From the NCBI GenBank assembly GCA_002898395.1, contig BEHE01000007.1, forward strand, positions 22,872 to 86,871: 64,000 nt of DNA. Reading direction: 5' to 3'. The position numbers were made by a program, and so were the translations under genes. Positions within the stretch are counted from its first letter, which is position 1, and each line of letters starts with the position of its first letter. A model generated the notes under the pieces. That model saw only the letters and a list, made by a program, of their open reading frames with translations, searched no databases and was not told the DNA's origin. Positions 50,812 through 60,669 of the stretch are shown here, piece after piece. This stretch comes from Candidatus Calditenuaceae archaeon HR02. Its GTDB lineage: Archaea; Thermoproteota; Nitrososphaeria_A; Caldarchaeales; Calditenuaceae.

Positions 50812-52878
50812 GTGCTGGACGATGAGGCGGTTGTATGGGTCAAGACGCCTAGTGGAGAGGCTCTGAGACTGGTCGACGAGTATCGCCCCTACATCTTCGC
50901 CGAGCCGCGAAGCGCCGAGGCTCTGAGGGAGCTGGTCCAGCTCCTCGAGCAGTCGCCCTTTGTTAGAGGCGTCAAAGTTGTTGAGGGGCTTGTAGGTCTG
51001 AGGAATACGACGCGCAAGCGTCTGGTGAGGATAGAGTCCTTCGGTGCTAGGAGCATCGGCCGGGTCTCAACACTAGTCAGGAGGAGCGGCTTAGCCGCGG
51101 AGATATACGGGGAGGAGCTCCCCCACGTCCAAAGATACCTCTTCAACCGCCTACAGATAGAGCCATCCAGTAGAGCAGCTTTCAACGTCGTGGGTAACAG
51201 GATAGTCTCCGCCGAGCGCCTAGAGGACTTGGACGAGATCAGGCCGCCTCCATTCTCGCTCCTAAAGATACAGCCCCAGTACTCGGGCCCGCGGCTGGCT
51301 GGCCTGGTCGTAAGGTTTTCTGGCCGCTCCCAGTGGGTTGAGGGCTCTGGAGACAGGGTCTTGGAGGGGCTGTTGGAGCTGGTCTCCAGCCTTGACCCCG
51401 ACCTTATCTACATCCCCGGGCTCCAGTGGGGTCGTGGAGCGCCTCTTAATGAGTGGCTTGAGCGGCCTGCAGTACGCAGGGCTTTTGGCAGGTGTCCCGA
51501 TGTATGGAGGCTCTCGCAGGGCTCAGCAGCGGGCAGGGTCTTCCTAGGGGACATCTTCTACGGCTTCGAGCCAGACGAATATGGCTTGGCAGGACTTGTT
51601 GAGAGGGCTCGCTTCTCTTTCACGACGCTGGGCCTGGCAACGAGGTGGACCAGCAACAGGTGCATCGATTCCCGAAACCTCTACGAGCTCGCGCGGATGA
51701 ACATCCGCGCGCCGAGGCTCGAGTATATGGAGGAGGTGAGGTGTCTGGTTGAGCTATTGGAGCGCGACAGGGGCGGGGTGACGTTCACACCTAGGCCCGG
51801 TCTTCACGAGAATGTTGCTGTCCTAGACTTCGACTCCCAATACCCCAGCATCATATTGAAGCATGGGATCAGCTATGAGAACCCTTCTGGGGGCGGCCGG
51901 CTCATCCCCTCAATCCTCCAGCCGTGGCTTGAGAGGAGGCTCAGGCTCAAGAGGCTCAGGAAGACCCTCAGACCCAACAGCAGCGAAGAGCTCTACTGTA
52001 CGGAGCGGATAGAGGCCCTGAAACTGATACTCTGCACCCAGTATGGAATAAGCGGCTGCTGCTGGAACAGGTTTGGAAACACCCTCGCCTTCGAGGAGAT
52101 AAACAGGGTCTCGAGGGAGGCGATGCTCACAAGCAAGCGGGTCGCGGAGGAGAGGGGCTTCGAGATAGTCTACGGTGACGTGGACTCCCTCTTCGTACGG
52201 AGGGAAGGAGCCTCGAGGAGAGACTACGAGGAGCTTGCAGAGAGGATATCGGCTGCCACTGGGCTGCCCATGTCCCTCGACCGGCACTTCAAGTTCATAG
52301 CCTTTCCGCGGCTCAGGACAGACCCAGACACGCCGGCCCTAAAGAGGTATTTCGGCTTAACCTACGACGGGCTGGTCGAGGCGCGGGGAATAGAGCTTAG
52401 AAGGAGCGACACACCGGCCATAGTGAGGGAGTTCCAGGAACGACTCATCAGAACCATCATGTCCTTCGACAGTATCGGGGAGGTAATGAGCTGCAGCGTT
52501 GAGGAGGGCGTCAAGCTGCTGGCAGAGTATGAGAGACTTGTTGACAGCGGCTTAGGTTTTGAGGAGCTTGAGATAAGGAAGGTTCTGGGGAGAAACCCCG
52601 AGGAATATAGCCGCGGCCTCGCCCAGTCATCAGCGGCCGCCCAGCTCCAAGCCCTCGGGATAAGGCTTGAGAAGGGGAGGGAGGTCAGATTCGTATACAC
52701 TTCGCAGAGCCATCCAAACCCCCTCCTCAGGGTAAGGGCCACACAGCTCTTCAGTGGGAGATATGACAAGGAGTACTATAGGGCCTATCTCAGACGGGCG
52801 GCGGAGACGGTCTTCGGGGCTATAGGAGTCTCGATAAACCACGTAGTGAAAAACGCTAGGCTTGAGAGGTGGCTATAG
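50812..52878 (+). CDS. polB2: Family B DNA polymerase, PolB2 type
   Basis: DFDSQYPSII, KLILCTQYG, YGDVDSLFV, KRYFG, RGIELRRSD; exonuclease motifs not recognisable; start probably CTG 50776. Confidence 0.88.
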   Translation: MLDDEAVVWVKTPSGEALRLVDEYRPYIFAEPRSAEALRELVQLLEQSPFVRGVKVVEGLVGLRNTTRKRLVRIESFGARSIGRVSTLVRRSGLAAEIYGEELPHVQRYLFNRLQIEPSSRAAFNVVGNRIVSAERLEDLDEIRPPPFSLLKIQPQYSGPRLAGLVVRFSGRSQWVEGSGDRVLEGLLELVSSLDPDLIYIPGLQWGRGAPLNEWLERPAVRRAFGRCPDVWRLSQGSAAGRVFLGDIFYGFEPDEYGLAGLVERARFSFTTLGLATRWTSNRCIDSRNLYELARMNIRAPRLEYMEEVRCLVELLERDRGGVTFTPRPGLHENVAVLDFDSQYPSIILKHGISYENPSGGGRLIPSILQPWLERRLRLKRLRKTLRPNSSEELYCTERIEALKLILCTQYGISGCCWNRFGNTLAFEEINRVSREAMLTSKRVAEERGFEIVYGDVDSLFVRREGASRRDYEELAERISAATGLPMSLDRHFKFIAFPRLRTDPDTPALKRYFGLTYDGLVEARGIELRRSDTPAIVREFQERLIRTIMSFDSIGEVMSCSVEEGVKLLAEYERLVDSGLGFEELEIRKVLGRNPEEYSRGLAQSSAAAQLQALGIRLEKGREVRFVYTSQSHPNPLLRVRATQLFSGRYDKEYYRAYLRRAAETVFGAIGVSINHVVKNARLERWL

Positions 52879-52965
52879 CCCCCCGACAAGCCTCCAAAGC
52901 AGCAGAACTAAAAGCACCAGCCCTGCCACGCCTGCAAAGACCGCCACGAGATAGGCGCTCCTCAC
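52873..52965 (-). CDS. 30-aa single-TM protein at the end of the cox operon
   Basis: GGAGGTG RBS, GTG start, MRSAYLVAVFAGVAGLVLLVLLLWRLVGGL. Confidence 0.55.
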   Translation of the reverse strand: MRSAYLVAVFAGVAGLVLLVLLLWRLVGGL

Positions 52966-52989
52966 GGAAACCCCACCTCCATCAGAAAA

Positions 52990-53268
52990 CTATCCGAATG
53001 CGATCCCTATTATCGAGTAGACGCTCAGGATGAGGAAAGCCACCACCCCCCCTATCCCCAGCAGGGCGAAGGATGAGAGGCTTTTCGGCTCATACGCCAG
53101 GTGTTGGAAGAAGAGAGCGATAAGCAGAGCCTTTCCTCCAGCTAGACCCACTATGCTCATGTCTATGATGAGTCTTGGGAGCGGCATACCAAAGACCACC
53201 AGCTCAAGAACCGTCATCAAGACAAGGGCGGCGAAGACTGCGAAGTATACCCACACCCGCAACTCCAC
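52990..53268 (-). CDS. Heme-copper oxidase subunit IV
   Basis: Three TM, KA.LIA.FFQHL.YE. Confidence 0.85.
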   Translation of the reverse strand: MELRVWVYFAVFAALVLMTVLELVVFGMPLPRLIIDMSIVGLAGGKALLIALFFQHLAYEPKSLSSFALLGIGGVVAFLILSVYSIIGIAFG

Positions 53269-53273
53269 TCACC

Positions 53274-55601
53274 TCACACCAGATAGAAGAGCGGGAAGAT
53301 AAAGACCCAGACTATGTCTACGAAATGCCAGTAGTATCCGAAGTACTCCAGGGTCTCGTGCCCCTTTCCTACGTAGGCACCCTTCAACGCCCGAGCAAAG
53401 AGATAGCCGAGCGCGAGCAGTCCTGCAAAGACGTGTGCGCCATGTATCCCTGTAGTTAGGAAGAAGGTTGAGGCCGGTAGCCCGCTTGAGAATGTTATGC
53501 CGTGGCTGAAAAGCTCAGACCACTCGTTATACTTGTTGAAGAGGAAGAGGATGCCCAGGCCGAGCGTGGCCGCTAGGAACCCCGCTGTACATGTCCTGCT
53601 TCCCATCCTCGATGACGCCAGCGCCAAGACAACCGTGAGGCTGCTGGTGAGGAGGATGAATGTATTCACCGCTCCGTGGCCTATGTCGAGCAGCGTCCCA
53701 GGGGCAGGCCATGTAGACGACGCAGTCCTCACGTAGACGTAAGCGCTTAAAATAACTCCGAAGAGCACAACCTCGGAGGAGATAAATGTCCACCAAGCCA
53801 GCTTCATTCTATCCACGCGCTCAAAGGGCCACCTCTCGCCGAGGTCCTCTTCACGGCTGATAAACCGCTCACCCGCGAGGCCTAGGACTGAGAAGGCAAG
53901 CAAGCCAACACCCACAACGGATACGAGGAGATGCGTCGTCAAACCCAGCAGCGCTAAAAAGGAGGCTAGGCTCAGCATGAAGGGCCAGCGGCTCAGGTGT
54001 GTCTCGGGCTCGCCATGAGCCGCGCCGTTTGCCGCTATAAAGGATAGCTTCCCATCAACGAAGGTCGGAGTGCCGTCAAAGTTGTGGGGAGGCGGTGGGG
54101 ACTCAGTCATCCATTCTAACGTATGTGCCCCCCATGGGTTGCTGCCCGCCGGCTCACCATATCTTAGGCTATAGAGGAGATTCCAGAACATTACTAGGAA
54201 TGATGCGCCGAATATGAATCCTCCGACCGTCGCGATCTGTTGTAGTGGTACAAGGCTCTCCACGTATATTGGAACCCGCCTCGGCATTTCCCATGAGAGG
54301 AAGAAGGGGAAGTACAGAGTGTTGAAGCCTATCATAGTCAATATGAAATGGATTCTACCCAGCTTCTCGCTGAACATTCTGCCCGTCATCTTTGGATACC
54401 AGTAATAGACACCCGCTATCAGCCCCACAAGAGCGCCACCTGCCATCGTATAGTGGAAGTGGGCCACAACAAAGTATGTCCCCCTTAGGACATAGTCTAG
54501 CGCGATAGAGCCCAGGAAAACCCCCGTGATCCCACCTATGATGAAGATTGCTATTGAGCCGAGCACAAATAGCATGGGGGTTTTGAGCTCAATCCTAGCC
54601 TTCGCCAATGTGTAGATGAAGGATAGGATTATGGCGTCGAAGGGCAGGGAGATTGCTATTGTCGTCACGGTGAATGCCCTCCTAACGTCAGGGTGCATGC
54701 CCGTCAGGAACATGTGGTGCCCCCAGACGAGGAAGCTTAGGGTAGCAACTACAACCATCGCCGCTATGATGATCCTCCTAGCGAAGAGTGGCCTTCTCGA
54801 AAAAGTGACCAAAATATCTCCGAACACGCCCAGTGCGGGGAATAGGACTATGTAGACCTCCGGATGGCCGAAGAACCAGAATATGTGGTCCCAGAGGATA
54901 GCCCCGCCTTGGGGGGAGGTGAAGTAGACCGTCCCCAAGATTCTATCGGAGGCTAAGAGGATTATTCCAGCTAGTAGGGCTGGAAATGCGTAGAGCATCA
55001 TCAAGACGGTGAGTAGGACACCAACTGTGAACATGGGGAGCGCAGTTAGTCTCAACCCCTTAGCCCTCGACCTGAAAATAGTTACAACAAAATTAACGGT
55101 CGAAACCGTTACCGAAGCAGTTAGTAGCGCCAGTCCTAGACCCCCCGTGTTTACGCCCACATATGGTGAGAAGACTGATGTCAAGGGTTGATAGAGAGTC
55201 CATCCCACATCAAGTGTCCTATCCTGGAAGAAAGAAATCATAACCAACAAGCCTCCGAATAGATAGAGCCAGTAGCTCAAAGCATTAAGCCTCGGAAACG
55301 CCAAGTCCCTCGCGCCTATCTGAAGTGGAACAACATAGTTAGCCAAGGCAAAGGCCAGGGGAGACACTACGAAGAGAACCATGACCAATCCATGGATCGT
55401 TACAGCCTGGTTGAAAGCCGGGGGAGAGAGTATGTTAAGTCCTGGCTGAGCAAGCTGTAGCCTGAAAATTAAGGCTAGGACACCGCCTAAAATCAAGAAG
55501 TATAGAGACGTAACGAGGTATAGTATTCCGACATCCTTATGGTTTGTGGTGAGCAGCCACCTTTTGATAGAGTAGGATGGTGGGAGCTGGTGGGAGTCCA
55601 A
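53274..55601 (-). CDS. Heme-copper oxidase subunit I+III fusion (A1-type)
   Basis: TTNHKD.G, GWT.Y.PL, FWFFGHPEVY, WGHH, VAHFHY; then FISSEV..F, TGIHGAHV, YWHFVD. Confidence 0.95.
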   Translation of the reverse strand: MDSHQLPPSYSIKRWLLTTNHKDVGILYLVTSLYFLILGGVLALIFRLQLAQPGLNILSPPAFNQAVTIHGLVMVLFVVSPLAFALANYVVPLQIGARDLAFPRLNALSYWLYLFGGLLVMISFFQDRTLDVGWTLYQPLTSVFSPYVGVNTGGLGLALLTASVTVSTVNFVVTIFRSRAKGLRLTALPMFTVGVLLTVLMMLYAFPALLAGIILLASDRILGTVYFTSPQGGAILWDHIFWFFGHPEVYIVLFPALGVFGDILVTFSRRPLFARRIIIAAMVVVATLSFLVWGHHMFLTGMHPDVRRAFTVTTIAISLPFDAIILSFIYTLAKARIELKTPMLFVLGSIAIFIIGGITGVFLGSIALDYVLRGTYFVVAHFHYTMAGGALVGLIAGVYYWYPKMTGRMFSEKLGRIHFILTMIGFNTLYFPFFLSWEMPRRVPIYVESLVPLQQIATVGGFIFGASFLVMFWNLLYSLRYGEPAGSNPWGAHTLEWMTESPPPPHNFDGTPTFVDGKLSFIAANGAAHGEPETHLSRWPFMLSLASFLALLGLTTHLLVSVVGVGLLAFSVLGLAGERFISREEDLGERWPFERVDRMKLAWWTFISSEVVLFGVILSAYVYVRTASSTWPAPGTLLDIGHGAVNTFILLTSSLTVVLALASSRMGSRTCTAGFLAATLGLGILFLFNKYNEWSELFSHGITFSSGLPASTFFLTTGIHGAHVFAGLLALGYLFARALKGAYVGKGHETLEYFGYYWHFVDIVWVFIFPLFYLV

Positions 55602-55602
55602 C

Positions 55603-56238
55603 CTAGCTCACCTGTAGAGAAGAATACCAAGAGTTGAACTCCTCGGGATCCATGACGACGAGTTTGCCTATCATCACGCCATGCCCATCTCCGCAAAGCT
55701 CAAAACACCTGATATCATAAACACCAGTCTCATAGACCCTTGTCCATGCGATATTGGTCTTGCCGGGAATAGCGTCAACCTTAAGCCTTAGGCTGATGAT
55801 TCCCATATTATGAAACACGTCTTGGCTTGTGACATAGAGTTTGACTGGTGTGCCGCGCGGTATTCTAAGCTCGCCTATAGACTCGTAGCCGTTGGGGTAG
55901 ATGAACTTCCAACCCCACTGGAAAGCTATGACCTTCACCTCCATCGCGCCAGCAGGCGGTCTATCCAGATTGTCAAGGGCTATAAACGTCAGTGAGATTA
56001 GGGTGAGGACAATAGAGGCGCTAAGGATCACTGAGATTAGAAGCTTTTTGGCACCCTTCTGTTCCCGAGGAAGCTCACCGGGCTTAGGCGCATCCTCTGG
56101 CTCTGGTCCTTCAGGCTTAGCGCGATTCCTGACTATGAGGTAAACCATATACGCCATTACTACAACGCCTACCAGAACACCAAGAGTAGAGAAGATGCTC
56201 CAAAGGGAAGTAAAGATGTCTACAGTGGTTGCAACCAT
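55603..56238 (-). CDS. coxB: Heme-copper oxidase subunit II (CuA)
   Basis: Two TM, QWGW.F.Y, DVFH, CFELCGDGHGVM. Confidence 0.93.
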   Translation of the reverse strand: MVATTVDIFTSLWSIFSTLGVLVGVVVMAYMVYLIVRNRAKPEGPEPEDAPKPGELPREQKGAKKLLISVILSASIVLTLISLTFIALDNLDRPPAGAMEVKVIAFQWGWKFIYPNGYESIGELRIPRGTPVKLYVTSQDVFHNMGIISLRLKVDAIPGKTNIAWTRVYETGVYDIRCFELCGDGHGVMIGKLVVMDPEEFNSWYSSLQVS

Positions 56239-56275
56239 ATCTTAGCTCCGATGTCTTCTTAGTATTTAGGTTAGA

Positions 56276-56408
56276 AATAAACCAATACTGTTTACACAGT
56301 TATGAACTGCTTACACTGTGTAAAAGATACTAAGCCTTCACCGCTGTCTGAACCGTTGTCTCTTCCTTCTTAGCCCTAGACTCAGCTAGGCTGAGAAGCC
56401 AAGACTCT
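56276..56408 (+). repeat. Diverged direct repeat, copy 1 (tfe-beta 3' end plus downstream intergenic)
   Basis: Colinear similarity to 61800-61932. Confidence 0.8.
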
Positions 56409-56749
56409 ATTAATACACACTCAGTCGGTGAGTAGCTTCCTGAAGGGCCGCAGGAGTCGTTATAGGGGCAGGCAGGGCAAGGAGAGTCCCTAATTATGCT
56501 CAGATCCAGAAGCTTGACTTGAGAGATTAGACGCATAGTCCACCTATCATTCGCAAACTCCTTAACCCGCTTCACTAACCCCCTCTTCTCCAGCTTAATG
56601 GCCACCCGTGAGCCATCCCTACTAGTGATGCCCAATAAATGCCAGAGCTCAGACTGGAGAAGCCCCCTCTCCCCATGCTTCAGTAGGAGCTTGAGGGCTC
56701 TCTCTTCCAACTTACCAAGCTTAACATAGTCATGCATAGGGGTATTCAA
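56330..56749 (-). CDS. TFE-beta / RPC34-like factor (wHTH plus Cys cluster)
   Basis: GLLQSELW..L...SR.GSR...KLE..GL..R, then PCPACP...C......SP.EC.....W. Confidence 0.82.
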   Translation of the reverse strand: MNTPMHDYVKLGKLEERALKLLLKHGERGLLQSELWHLLGITSRDGSRVAIKLEKRGLVKRVKEFANDRWTMRLISQVKLLDLSIIRDSPCPACPYNDSCGPSGSYSPTECVLIESWLLSLAESRAKKEETTVQTAVKA

Positions 56750-56840
56750 ATTATTATATATGCGCCCCTACTTAAAAAGATATTCTTCCCCATACGAAAT
56801 CAGCAAATAATCTCAAATGCTTTATTAATCATGCTTCACA

Positions 56841-57032
56841 ATGTATAGTGGAGTTGTAACGGCGGATACCTTACTCTTGCAGGTTAGGGTTAGCTCAGCC
56901 CTTGTCAAAAGGATTGACATGCTCTGTAACGAGGTGCTCTTCAGAAATAGGAGCGAGGCCATAAGTGACACAATAAGAATGCTGTTTATGTACCACTACA
57001 CTAACTGGGTCGGCACTAAGACTTCGTGGTAA
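56841..57032 (+). CDS. Ribbon-helix-helix protein, possibly a degenerate antitoxin
   Basis: QVRV...LV.RID.L.....F.NRSEAI...IR. Confidence 0.6.
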   Translation: MYSGVVTADTLLLQVRVSSALVKRIDMLCNEVLFRNRSEAISDTIRMLFMYHYTNWVGTKTSW

Positions 57033-57335
57033 TGCCTAAGTGTTAGCTCAAGATTAGAATAGAAAATGGAATATGAACCCGCTGAAGAGTACCTTTTTAG
57101 ATGCAAGGAGGAATACAGCATAAAAAGAAGCGGATAAATTACGTTCATGACCGATACTGCCACAATGAAGAACTTGGCACACCTTAACAAATTACTGATC
57201 ACGCCATGTTAGCCCTCCCTCGTCGCATAAAGGAGGGGTACGCGTATGTTAGCGCCTATCTTCTTGGTGCTTTATTTGATACTAATGATCATAAAAGATA
57301 TAAACTAGATAAGTTATGTCTTAAATTGCACGCCT

Positions 57336-58934
57336 ATGAGTGCACCAGAAAGAAAAATTGGTAGGAGAGCGTTTGTAGGGACAGTAGCGGGTGCTGTGGG
57401 AGGACTTGCCGTAGGAGTTGCCTTAGGATGGTCCCTGAGACCAGCTGGGGTTGCTCCAGCTGCCACGGCGACGGTTACTAGGACAGTAACTTCAACGATA
57501 GCGGCAGCTCCCACTACTGTAACAACTACGGTAACAGCACCTGCAGTGGGAAAAGTGGAGATCACGTTTGCGTGTGATGCAGGTCACAACTTCCTACCAT
57601 TCATAGACCCTGGAGAGGCTGCGGAAGGAGGGCATTATGGGCAGAATCAGGCTCCAAAAATCGAGAATGCATTGGGTATAAGATTAATTGGCGAAGAGGT
57701 AGACCCAGGAACCGAGTTTTCAATATATATGGCAGACCTAACAGGTCCTGGAAAATATAACATAATTGTTTATTTCCCCACGTATAACGGAGATATAATG
57801 GGCGGAGGTTGGGCAGTTCCTCTGGACCCCTTTATAGAGAAATACAACATCAACATGTATGATCTCCCACCCGTATATAGATTCCTCTACTGTAGCTGGG
57901 GAGGAAAAACTTACGCGCTTCCATACGATGGTGATTTCCATGCCCTTTATTATAGGAAAGATATATTCCAGAACAGTGATATCAGGAGGAGATTCAGGGA
58001 GAAGTACGGAAGGGATCTGGAGCCTCCGAAAACATATGATGAGTACTTGCAGGTTGCAGAGTTTTTCAATGGATGGGATTGGGATGGTGATGGTGAAGAG
58101 GAATATGGGACCGTGGAAGATTTCAAAGACTTGACATGGGGAATATTCTTCGATAGGTTTGCATCACTAGGTGGTCTATGGTTCGACGAGGATATGAATC
58201 CGCTAGTTCCTAACGAAGCTGCAGTAAAAGCATTGGAAGACCTAAAAAAAGCTTTAGACTTCATGCCGCCGGGAACTCTTGAATTTGGCGCCCTTCAGGT
58301 ATTTGATAGCATGACTAAGGGAATAACAGCCATGACCCTTACATGGCCTGATGTGGGTCCTAGGGCAGGGAGTGGGGAGTTTCCAGTTAAAGGCGACCAG
58401 GTGGGAACTGCCCTAGTCCCGGGCTACGTTGTAAATGGTGAGCTGAAGAGGTTTAGCTGGACTGGAGTAGGACGCGTTATGATAATTACAGTTAATACAC
58501 CAGAAGAGAAGCGTGAGGCAGCCTTCAGGGTATTGAAATGGATGTGGGATACATCTCCTATATGGGTTCCAAGTGGTCTTAACGGCGAAGATCCATTCTC
58601 GTACAGTCAGACAAGCGTAGGTGCGTTACCTCATTGGGAAAGGGCAAACCCCGCCTGGAGTAAAGAAGGAATATTAGATTATTTGAGAGCAGCTGAGCTT
58701 AACTATTCTCATGGTTATCCAGATCTATATCTACCAGGAGCCGCCCAATATACCGATATACTTAGTAGATACATCATGCTCGCGGTCACCGGTCAGATGA
58801 GCCCAAGGGACGCTATAAATAGAGTTGTCCAGGAGTGGAGGGAAGTGACTAGGGAGTTGGGAGAAGACAAGCAGAAAAAGTTATGGAGACAACAGATAAC
58901 GGAGTATAAACGTGCAGGAATTTGGCCTAAGTAG
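57336..58934 (+). CDS. Carbohydrate ABC transporter substrate-binding protein, Tat signal
   Basis: GRRAFV twin-Arg signal, Thr-rich linker, YALPYDGD...YYRKD.F, PPKT.DE. Confidence 0.9.
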   Translation: MSAPERKIGRRAFVGTVAGAVGGLAVGVALGWSLRPAGVAPAATATVTRTVTSTIAAAPTTVTTTVTAPAVGKVEITFACDAGHNFLPFIDPGEAAEGGHYGQNQAPKIENALGIRLIGEEVDPGTEFSIYMADLTGPGKYNIIVYFPTYNGDIMGGGWAVPLDPFIEKYNINMYDLPPVYRFLYCSWGGKTYALPYDGDFHALYYRKDIFQNSDIRRRFREKYGRDLEPPKTYDEYLQVAEFFNGWDWDGDGEEEYGTVEDFKDLTWGIFFDRFASLGGLWFDEDMNPLVPNEAAVKALEDLKKALDFMPPGTLEFGALQVFDSMTKGITAMTLTWPDVGPRAGSGEFPVKGDQVGTALVPGYVVNGELKRFSWTGVGRVMIITVNTPEEKREAAFRVLKWMWDTSPIWVPSGLNGEDPFSYSQTSVGALPHWERANPAWSKEGILDYLRAAELNYSHGYPDLYLPGAAQYTDILSRYIMLAVTGQMSPRDAINRVVQEWREVTRELGEDKQKKLWRQQITEYKRAGIWPK

Positions 58935-58942
58935 ATTAAGCT

Positions 58943-59827
58943 ATGGCAAAGCCAAGAATAACCACCAAATTTTTATTTATTTTACCCGCGATAATAACCA
59001 TTTTAACGATCGTCGTATTTCCACTTCTGTTTAACATTTACCTAAGCTTTCATAATTGGCAGTTAAGATTCCGTGGTTCGCTCCCCCAATTTGTGGGAAA
59101 CGACAATTACCTGAAAGCCCTATCGGATATCAGGTTTCAAAACTCACTAGAAAAGACTTTCTACCTTCTAATTGGAGCAGTGCCGATGGAATTATTCTTC
59201 GGCTTCCTGCTGGCACTGTTGCTGTGGGAGCCGTTTAGAGGCAGAAGGATAATCTCGGTATTCATCCTTTTCCCATTAGCGCTTAGCGATGCGGTGGTAG
59301 GACTTATATGGGGATTAACATTAGTCCCAACCTATGGACCCTTCGATTATTTTATGAGGTCTCTAAGGTTATGGCAGCTTCTAGGCTTTGAGAAACCAGT
59401 AAGCCTAACCGTGAGTTTCCCTATGGAAACAATAATAGCTGCCGATGTATGGCAGTGGACTCCTTTCTTCTTTATTGTCCTACTTGCTGCTTTAGCTGCT
59501 GTTCCAACAGACTATATTGAGGCAGCCGAGATTGATGGGGCTTCCCAAATACAGGTGATACGGTTTATACTGCTACCAACATTAAAACCTATAATAGGTA
59601 TAACTGTGATGATAAGGTTGATGGATATCTTTAAGTCATTTGGAGTTCCCTATATCCTTACCAAGGGAGGGCCGGGCTTCGAATCTGAAGTGGTGTCACT
59701 ATACATATTTAACCAGGCTCTTCAATTTCTCAACATCACGTATGCGGCGACACTAACCCTTCTGGTCATAATAATTGTAACTCTCTTGCTTACAGCCTTC
59801 ATGAGGGTATATAGATTGAGGTTTTAA
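58943..59827 (+). CDS. Carbohydrate ABC transporter permease
   Basis: WQWTPF, EAAEIDGAS, LTKGGPG. Confidence 0.93.
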   Translation: MAKPRITTKFLFILPAIITILTIVVFPLLFNIYLSFHNWQLRFRGSLPQFVGNDNYLKALSDIRFQNSLEKTFYLLIGAVPMELFFGFLLALLLWEPFRGRRIISVFILFPLALSDAVVGLIWGLTLVPTYGPFDYFMRSLRLWQLLGFEKPVSLTVSFPMETIIAADVWQWTPFFFIVLLAALAAVPTDYIEAAEIDGASQIQVIRFILLPTLKPIIGITVMIRLMDIFKSFGVPYILTKGGPGFESEVVSLYIFNQALQFLNITYAATLTLLVIIIVTLLLTAFMRVYRLRF

Positions 59828-59829
59828 AG

Positions 59830-60651
59830 GTGTGGAATATGAGAACGGCTTATGTAGCAAAGATTTTTGTTCTTACTCTCTTCCTAACGTTTTTCATATT
59901 CCCACTTTACTGGATGTTCACCATGGCTTTTAAACCCGAAGAAGATTGGGCGAGCTATCCCCCTAAACTTATCCCAAATCCATGGAGCCTTGAGAACTTT
60001 TACAAAGGTCTATTTGTTATGGGCGGTCTTCAGGGAATTATTGACAGCACGATAATAGCGTCGACTAACACGTTAATAAGTCTGTTTCTAGGTAGTTTGG
60101 CCGGCTATTCTTTATCAAGATATAAGCTAGGTCCCAACATAGCCTTCTTCATATTATCCCAGCGCATAGCACCTTCAATATCGTTCGCCCTCCCCTTCTT
60201 CATAGTGTTCAGCATAGTTAACCTCCTAGATACTCATCTAGCTGTAATAATAACCCACCTGACATTTAACATCCCCTTTGCAACATGGATTATGAAAAGC
60301 TTTTTTGATGGAATACCGCGAGAATTAGACGAAAACGCTTTACTAGATGGATGTACACCCCTTCATGCCTTAATGCGGATAATACTTCCTGCCTCAATCC
60401 CTGGTCTTATAGCAACATCTGTAATGTTATTCATGTTTAGCTGGAATGAATTTTTGCTAACTCTCTTCTTAACAAGGTCGGCGGTGAAACCTCTACCGAC
60501 CCTAATACCAAGGTTCTACGGTGGGCATGACATTCTGTTCGGGGTGGTTAGCGCGGTAGCGTTGTTCGCTGCCATACCACCCATAGTTCTTGTCGCTATA
60601 TTCCAGAAGTATCTTGTGAGGGGACTTACCTTCGGATTGGTAAAGGGGTAG
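59830..60651 (+). CDS. Carbohydrate ABC transporter permease
   Basis: IPRELDENALLDG, FSWNEFL, FQKYLVRGLT.G.VKG. Confidence 0.93.
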   Translation: MWNMRTAYVAKIFVLTLFLTFFIFPLYWMFTMAFKPEEDWASYPPKLIPNPWSLENFYKGLFVMGGLQGIIDSTIIASTNTLISLFLGSLAGYSLSRYKLGPNIAFFILSQRIAPSISFALPFFIVFSIVNLLDTHLAVIITHLTFNIPFATWIMKSFFDGIPRELDENALLDGCTPLHALMRIILPASIPGLIATSVMLFMFSWNEFLLTLFLTRSAVKPLPTLIPRFYGGHDILFGVVSAVALFAAIPPIVLVAIFQKYLVRGLTFGLVKG

Positions 60652-60669
60652 AGATATAAAGAATGAGTC

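Noticed and set aside
40424-52878. Inteins in rpoB, rpoA, radA or polB
   Set aside because: Lengths and motif spacing leave no room for an insertion
57140-57210. PIN toxin remnant after the RHH gene (MTDTATMKNLAHLNKL)
   Set aside because: Too short to support without a search
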